Below, in pieces: positions 45,089 to 49,837 of a stretch of DNA of 49,837 nucleotides (its first letter is position 1; the number at the start of each line of letters is the position of its first letter). A program made the translations under genes and the position numbers. A model generated the notes under the pieces. It saw only the letters and a program-made list of their open reading frames with translations. It made no database searches and was not told the DNA's origin. Source of the stretch: a virus; the IMG/VR virus record IMGVR_UViG_3300045988_175398; one strand, written 5' to 3'.

Positions 45089-45268
45089 GTGTCAAAATTA
45101 ACAAAACAAGATATTCAAGACATAGCCAATGGCTATGCTGTCAAATATGTATCAAATTCACTCACAAAAGATGAATTGATAATTGAGTTGGCAAAACTTT
45201 GCCTGCAAGCAATTGACGAAAAGGAAGAAATTTTGTCACAGCCTGTTGAAATTGATGAGGAGGAATAG
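45089..45268 (+). CDS. small acidic early ORF (59 aa, GTG start)
   Basis: AAGGAG SD 6 nt before GTG 45089; VSKLTKQDIQDIANGYAVKYVSNSLTKDELIIELAKLCLQAIDEKEEILSQPVEIDEEE. Confidence 0.35.
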   Translation: MSKLTKQDIQDIANGYAVKYVSNSLTKDELIIELAKLCLQAIDEKEEILSQPVEIDEEE

Positions 45269-45271
45269 ACC

Positions 45272-45520
45272 ATGGCTGATAAAATTGAACAAAACATTCG
45301 TGAAATTGCCAGTAGATACAAGTGGACAATCAATGAAAAGAATCTGCCGAAGATTGCCAATGCAAAACGCCGTTTCTTTGGCGAGGAAGATTGGAGCAAA
45401 TGTCCTTGCTATCCACCGGAAGATAATACTCATGGCTGTGGCTCAGCTGCATGTTGTCAGGAAATAACAAAGAATGGCATATGCCATTGCAATCTGTTCA
45501 TGAAAGATGGAGAAAAGTGA
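45272..45520 (+). CDS. ferredoxin-thioredoxin reductase catalytic-subunit-like Cys-cluster protein
   Basis: CPCYPPEDNTHGCGSAACCQEITKNGICHCNLFM resembles the FTR catalytic chain CPC...CPC...CHCxLF pattern; 82 aa. Confidence 0.5.
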   Translation: MADKIEQNIREIASRYKWTINEKNLPKIANAKRRFFGEEDWSKCPCYPPEDNTHGCGSAACCQEITKNGICHCNLFMKDGEK

Positions 45521-45714
45521 TGGGACAGAGATACATATTGGTCGAAGTTGTTTCAACTGGAACAAAGGCTGAATTTGATAATTTCATCAATAGAGTGAAT
45601 GAAAAGATTGATGAAGGATATGAGCCCTGCGGAAATTTGCTTATTGAAACTAAAGAATCAATATCTGGCAAAATTAAAATATACACCCAACCAATGTTTA
45701 AAAGGAGCAAATGA
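45520..45714 (+). CDS. hypothetical early protein (64 aa)
   Basis: ATG overlapping previous stop (TGATG); ORF track 45451..45714 trimmed. Confidence 0.4.
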   Translation: MGQRYILVEVVSTGTKAEFDNFINRVNEKIDEGYEPCGNLLIETKESISGKIKIYTQPMFKRSK

Positions 45715-46076
45715 TGTTTTTTAAAATTTATTTTAGCCGAAGAAAATTTGAGCAAGATGCTGCAGCTTTGGTACAGAAACAAAATGGCTGGGCAGCCGGA
45801 GCTTATTGTGGTGCAAGAATTCTTTCTGCTTCACCTGATGAGCAATACATAAGCCCTTTGGAAGCAAAGAAGAAAATTCGGCAAGCTAACAGTGATTTTG
45901 CCATAAACAATATTGGTGAAGTTTTGGGTGGTTTGAAGCGTGCTCGTGAAGAGTTATTCGCTCTTGACACTTGGGATAAGTACAGGAAATCTCGTATTGA
46001 TAGCAAATTGAAAACAGCCAAAGACCTCTTGGAGCAATTGGTTTGGAAGCCCGTAAAAAGAAAGGAAGACAAATGA
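45711..46076 (+). CDS. hypothetical early protein (121 aa)
   Basis: ORF track. Confidence 0.5.
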   Translation: MMFFKIYFSRRKFEQDAAALVQKQNGWAAGAYCGARILSASPDEQYISPLEAKKKIRQANSDFAINNIGEVLGGLKRAREELFALDTWDKYRKSRIDSKLKTAKDLLEQLVWKPVKRKEDK

Positions 46077-46402
46077 GTTTGGCAGATAAAATCGAGATTC
46101 TTCAAGAAGAAAACAGACAGATGTTTGAGCTTCTTGAAAAGGTGGCAAGAGGAATACATCTCGGGTGTGATACTGAAGATGTTATCAGAATTACATCAGA
46201 TGTTAAGAAATTTTGTATTGCAAAACACCAGAAACAGGACCATCAGGAACTTTGGGATATCAAATTTGTCAAGGATGGTGGAACAACCGAAATTGTTGAC
46301 ACTTATGCTTCAGAAGAAGCTTGTCAGCAAGAGCTTGCATATTACAGAAGCAAGCCTGGAATTGGTGTTAGATATTTCATGGAGAAAAAGAATGACCAAT
46401 AA
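46073..46402 (+). CDS. hypothetical early protein (109 aa)
   Basis: ORF track 46043..46402 trimmed to ATG overlapping previous stop. Confidence 0.45.
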   Translation: MSLADKIEILQEENRQMFELLEKVARGIHLGCDTEDVIRITSDVKKFCIAKHQKQDHQELWDIKFVKDGGTTEIVDTYASEEACQQELAYYRSKPGIGVRYFMEKKNDQ

Positions 46403-46799
46403 GAATTTCATCTGTATCAGCATAAAGCACACATATTATAGCAATTCTGGCTGGGTGCTTTTGTGCAAAAATAAATCAGGATACACAGGCGATGTCAATA
46501 TGGCAGGGCTTTATTCTCCGGAAGATTTCACAGGTAAATATGAGGATGTGCCTGTGGTCAAAATGCATAAAGATTTGGTGAAGCATTATTGCAAGAAGTA
46601 TGATTCTGTGCTTGTTGACAGAGATGAATTCGTCAATTTTATTGCTGACCTTAAAAACTGCAAAAAGCAAGAGAGCATTGATGTGGTCAAGACTTGTTTG
46701 TATAGCCTTGAGTGCATATTGACTTCTGACAGTATTGAGCCAAATATCCGGATTGAAAAGGCATTGGCTAAAATTAGAGAGATAAGGAGCAGCAACTGA
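46392..46799 (+). CDS. hypothetical early protein (135 aa)
   Basis: ORF track 46125..46799 trimmed to internal ATG with GGAGAAAAAG SD; avoids 280-nt out-of-frame overlap. Confidence 0.45.
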   Translation: MTNKNFICISIKHTYYSNSGWVLLCKNKSGYTGDVNMAGLYSPEDFTGKYEDVPVVKMHKDLVKHYCKKYDSVLVDRDEFVNFIADLKNCKKQESIDVVKTCLYSLECILTSDSIEPNIRIEKALAKIREIRSSN

Positions 46800-47011
46800 T
46801 GATAAAATTGTTTGAAATTGGCGAGGAAGTGTCTGTACTTATTGGTAATGAGATATTTGAATTCAGATGCAGCTCAATCCATGACGAAAGATTGGAAACA
46901 AATGGTTCTGTGACAGAACGCCGGTATTTCGGATTTAATTCAAATTCAGGAGTACATATGAGTTTAAGTTGGGAAGATAAGTTGCAAGAAAGGAATGACA
47001 AAGATGAATAA
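46799..47011 (+). CDS. hypothetical early protein (70 aa)
   Basis: ORF track. Confidence 0.4.
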   Translation: MIKLFEIGEEVSVLIGNEIFEFRCSSIHDERLETNGSVTERRYFGFNSNSGVHMSLSWEDKLQERNDKDE

Positions 47012-47855
47012 CATTGTGCTTGATGTACATGGATACAGATGCTTGGCAGAGGTTTTTTACCACAGAAATGGTGAGTTCAAACTGCAGTTGCCAAGAGAAA
47101 AATTGCAGCAACTTTGTGCTGAACAAAGCAAGCGAATTGAAGTCTATTTTTATTTTAACATGAAGTGGTCAGAGATGATTTTGGCTCATCTTGTTGCAGA
47201 GCTGAGGATGATAGGCTTTTCAGCAATTAAACTTGCCTGTCCATATTTGCCATTTGGGCGGGCTGATAAGCCTGAAAAAGAAAATGGCTGCCGAAGAGCA
47301 ATTATCGCAACATTCTTCAAAATGCTGAAAAAGATTGGCATCAATGAGATTGTCACATACGATTTTCATCTTGGCAATCAAGGTGATTCAATTGAGGGAA
47401 TTCTCTTCAAAAATATTAGCTTTTCAGAAGCATTCAAAGATGAAATTGCAACCATAAGCCGTAAGCATAATAAGGACAAATTTCTTGTTTTCGCACCTGA
47501 CTCAGGCGCAGCTGATAGGGCTTGGCAAACTTATAATCTGCTGTCAGCTTATTTGCCGAGCAATCCGCTGTTTTGCAAGCACATGGTATTTACCAAAAGA
47601 AGAATGCAAGGAAATCTTCAGCTGTACGGGCTTAATGAATATGCAAACAATCCATCTTATCAGAGCAGAGTATGCATCATTGTAGATGATATGATTGATT
47701 CTGGCAAGACAATGATGGCTGCTATTGAAAAGGTGCGGGGATTTAAGCCGAAGAAAATCTATGTTTTGGTGACACATCTGCTGAATGATGAGTTCAAAGC
47801 ACCAGCTGATGTAGAATTTATGTGGAAATTCAATGGAGCTGAATATGGCGAATAA
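46995..47855 (+). CDS. ribose-phosphate pyrophosphokinase (PRPP synthetase, Prs) family protein
   Basis: ACPYLPFGRADKP (compare Prs PYxGYARQDRK), VFAPDSGAADRA, VCIIVDDMIDSGKTM (PRPP/phosphoribosyl-binding loop); 286 aa. Confidence 0.65.
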   Translation: MTKMNNIVLDVHGYRCLAEVFYHRNGEFKLQLPREKLQQLCAEQSKRIEVYFYFNMKWSEMILAHLVAELRMIGFSAIKLACPYLPFGRADKPEKENGCRRAIIATFFKMLKKIGINEIVTYDFHLGNQGDSIEGILFKNISFSEAFKDEIATISRKHNKDKFLVFAPDSGAADRAWQTYNLLSAYLPSNPLFCKHMVFTKRRMQGNLQLYGLNEYANNPSYQSRVCIIVDDMIDSGKTMMAAIEKVRGFKPKKIYVLVTHLLNDEFKAPADVEFMWKFNGAEYGE

Positions 47856-48117
47856 GTTGATGGCACCACACATGTCGTTGCATTGCAATTTATGTGGCAA
47901 AGATGTTTTCAAAAACGAAGAGGATTATTTTATGTTAAAAGACGAGATTTGGGATGAAGTCTGTGATAATGATTATGTCAGCAAAACAGACGTCCTCTGC
48001 AAAGATTGCACAGAATATTGGCTTGACAGAAAGTTGACACCAGAAGATTATTCAGATGCACCAGTTAATAGCTTTTTGAGGCACAAAGATGGAAGTGTTG
48101 GATTCGATAAAAAATAA
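47833..48117 (+). CDS. Cys-rich zinc-binding small protein (94 aa)
   Basis: CNLCGKD ... CKDCTEY CxxC pairs. Confidence 0.4.
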   Translation: MELNMANKLMAPHMSLHCNLCGKDVFKNEEDYFMLKDEIWDEVCDNDYVSKTDVLCKDCTEYWLDRKLTPEDYSDAPVNSFLRHKDGSVGFDKK

Positions 48118-48718
48118 AGACATCATCAAGCTCAGCAAAATTTTTAAGCCGTTAATTAACAAATGGATTCATAAATACGACTGGAGCAGAGTTGACAGAG
48201 AAGATTTGAAGCAGGAAGCGATGTTTGCTGTGATGAGTGCTGTCAAATATTTCGATGTTGAAAAGAGCTCGAGCTTTGGTCTTTATCTTGAATATTGGCT
48301 GCATTATCATCTTGGGCGGTATGTTTTGAGGAATGTCAATCTTGTGAGACCTTGTACCAATTATCTTGTTTTTGAGAGTGCAGAATTATCTGAGGTGACA
48401 AAGAAAGCAATTGATGATTATCACAACTTCAGTTATATTGATATTGATAATCCGGAATGCGAATATCAACTTCCAGAAAAGCCCAAAGACTGTGACAGAG
48501 TCATTTGTGGGAAGCAGCTTAAAAAGCTGGCAAAGAAAGAGCTGTCAGAAAGGACTTATGACATATTGTATGGAAGATGCGATGGCAAGTCATTGAGCCA
48601 GCTTGGCAAAAAATACTCTTTGAGCAAGGAGAGAATCAGACAGATAGAGCTGCTTGCCATTAAGAAAATGAGAAAAAAGTTAGGAATTAGCGAAAATGGA
48701 ACAGAAAAATTTAGTTAA
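48089..48718 (+). CDS. sigma-70 family RNA polymerase sigma factor (small, regions 2 and 4)
   Basis: DLKQEAMFAVMSAVKYFD (region 2.1/2.2) and SLSQLGKKYSLSKERIRQIELLAIKKMRK (region 4.2 HTH). Confidence 0.75.
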   Translation: MEVLDSIKNKDIIKLSKIFKPLINKWIHKYDWSRVDREDLKQEAMFAVMSAVKYFDVEKSSSFGLYLEYWLHYHLGRYVLRNVNLVRPCTNYLVFESAELSEVTKKAIDDYHNFSYIDIDNPECEYQLPEKPKDCDRVICGKQLKKLAKKELSERTYDILYGRCDGKSLSQLGKKYSLSKERIRQIELLAIKKMRKKLGISENGTEKFS

Positions 48719-49157
48719 AATCTGGAAAAATGGCTTTGATTTTGGCAAATTTAAGGATATGACTGAACGCCATAAAAAGCTGTTTGCAGGAGCTAATATA
48801 GAAAATCAGCTTCTGAAATTCACAGAGGAAATGGATGAGCACTTAGCATCTCCATGTGATGAAGATGAAATGGCTGATTGCTACATTGCTGCAGCAGGCA
48901 TATACAATTTCAATCCGTATGCTGCTGTGATGATTCTGAATTATTTGGGCAGCTATGGCGGAGCTCTGCCTCATAAGATAGAAAAGGCAGCTTCTGAAAA
49001 GATGCACAAAAACGAAACAGAAAGAGTCTGGATGGTTGTAAATGGTGTTATAAGACATGTCAAATTGCCGGCATATGCTGATGAACTTGGATTTATAGAT
49101 TTGCCAGATGGCAAATATTTGCCAAGCCATTATGAATGTGTTTTGAGAAAGGCTTGA
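48696..49157 (+). CDS. hypothetical protein, possible all-alpha NTP-pyrophosphohydrolase-like
   Basis: 153 aa; acidic helix LKFTEEMDEHL loosely MazG/DUF-like; weak. Confidence 0.3.
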   Translation: MEQKNLVKIWKNGFDFGKFKDMTERHKKLFAGANIENQLLKFTEEMDEHLASPCDEDEMADCYIAAAGIYNFNPYAAVMILNYLGSYGGALPHKIEKAASEKMHKNETERVWMVVNGVIRHVKLPAYADELGFIDLPDGKYLPSHYECVLRKA

Positions 49158-49158
49158 G

Positions 49159-49677
49159 ATGGAAAAATTCCCAACATTCCGTGGACCATTTAAAGATGGT
49201 GAGATGATAAGAGCCAGCATCATTGGGCGAGTGTATAAAATGACACCAAGGCATTGGGCAGCATATCTGATGTGTTTTCGTAAAGGCGGAATAATGAGTG
49301 GTGCTACTCTTAATAACATCAGCAAACAAGACCTTGAAAATCACCAGTTCATTTTTCCGTTAAGCCGTAAAGAAATATTGGCTCAGCCGTTTATGTTTCC
49401 ACAAGAATATTTGGAATTTGTTCAGCAGAGACCATTGACATTCAAATTCTATTTAATTTCAGATATGGGATTTGCAAGAAATTTCTTGCTGCGTGCTGAA
49501 AAGGAAAGCAAATTCAATATCAGATGGAAAAAGAAGCTCGCCAAAAATGCTAAAAAGGCTGCAAAAGTAAGAAGAGAAAAAGAAAAAATTCGTGTAAAAA
49601 ACAGAAAGAAAAGAGAAAAAATATGGGCTAAGATATTGAAAGAACGAGAAAAACAAAAAAAGTTTACATTTTTGTAA
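49159..49677 (+). CDS. hypothetical protein with strongly basic K/R-rich C-terminal tail
   Basis: 172 aa; last 50 aa KKKLAKNAKKAAKVRREKEKIRVKNRKKREKIWAKILKEREKQKK. Confidence 0.45.
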   Translation: MEKFPTFRGPFKDGEMIRASIIGRVYKMTPRHWAAYLMCFRKGGIMSGATLNNISKQDLENHQFIFPLSRKEILAQPFMFPQEYLEFVQQRPLTFKFYLISDMGFARNFLLRAEKESKFNIRWKKKLAKNAKKAAKVRREKEKIRVKNRKKREKIWAKILKEREKQKKFTFL

Positions 49678-49685
49678 AATAATTG

Positions 49686-49714
49686 TTGACTTTTTGTTTA
49701 GAACATAGTATAAA
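49686..49714 (+). promoter_or_regulatory. conserved early promoter TTGACT-17-TATAAA with upstream caaaaaaagtttacatttttgtaaaataattg block
   Basis: Third copy of the promoter cassette; leader ttatggaaaggaattaacattATG follows. Confidence 0.7.
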
Positions 49715-49762
49715 GACAATGTAAGAGAAAATTAACTTATTTTATGGAAAGGAATTAACATT

Positions 49763-49837
49763 ATGAAGAAAATTTTGTTTATGCTGGCTATGATTGCAAT
49801 TTTGGTTTGTGGCTGCTCTGATGATGAGGCAATGAGA
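49763..49837 (+). CDS. N-terminal part of the small lipoprotein-like ORF that continues at 1..109
   Basis: ATG 49763 after conserved leader; MKKILFMLAMIAILVCGCSDDEAMR... Confidence 0.55.
   Translation, partial: MKKILFMLAMIAILVCGCSDDEAMR

Noticed and set aside
46125-46391. Long N-terminal extension of ORF 46125..46799 (224 aa)
   Set aside because: It would overlap 46073..46402 out of frame for about 280 nt. An internal ATG at 46392 with a strong SD gives a compact coupled arrangement typical of this region.
49763-49837. Inferring a Bacteroidota host from the CSDDE lipoprotein motif
   Set aside because: Gene starts throughout the genome use AAAGGA-type Shine-Dalgarno leaders and TTGACT/TATAAT promoters. 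Both are atypical for Bacteroidota, so the host inference is not supported.

Overview
This window is a complete, circularly permuted phage genome of about 49.8 kb. The first 55 nt are identical to the last 55 nt (1..55 = 49783..49837), so the non-redundant unit is about 49,782 bp. It is a low-GC genome, and the Shine-Dalgarno-type leaders and sigma70-like promoters suggest a Firmicutes-like host.

There are two transcriptional arms. The plus-strand arm (about 44.3 kb, through the window junction, to 20.9 kb) carries early genes for replication and nucleotide metabolism. It begins with many small early ORFs, including a sigma-70-family factor, a PRPP-synthetase-family protein and an FTR-like Cys protein. 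It then encodes a VRR-NUC nuclease, a MazG-like protein, an ArsR-like regulator, a TOPRIM/SF3 primase-helicase, a RecD/Pif1-like helicase, an HD phosphohydrolase, a Rossmann FAD/NAD protein and a ThyX-like thymidylate synthase. It continues with a HAD hydrolase, a DnaQ-like exonuclease, a DnaE-type PolIII alpha split in two by a homing-endonuclease ORF, and an SF2 helicase.

The minus-strand arm (43.37 kb down to 20.87 kb) is a late structural and lysis module. It runs from small and large terminase, portal, minor head protein, HK97-type prohead protease and major capsid protein, through connectors, sheath, tube, G/GT chaperones with a -1 frameshift site and the tape measure protein, to baseplate and tail-fibre genes. 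It continues with a tRNA-Cys, membrane proteins, a GH24 endolysin, a holin, an embedded spanin pair and an RNase H. This indicates a contractile-tailed virion. No integrase or lysogeny module is visible.

The most unusual sequence is an 850-bp non-coding divergent control region (43.37-44.30 kb). It holds about 13 copies of a 9-bp near-palindromic motif, ACTC(G/C)GAGT / ACTCGGACT, often as 8-9-8 inverted pairs, bracketed by two TTAGCGAAAA/TTTTCGCTAA palindromes. A roughly 45-bp promoter-plus-leader cassette (gtaaaataattgTTGACTt-17-TATAAT ... ttatggaaaggaataaacaATG) recurs at least three times, with degenerate copies elsewhere. Other notable items are the split DnaE with a duplicated junction, a gene broken at an A7 homopolymer, and a K/P-rich tandem-repeat micro-ORF beside the tRNA.
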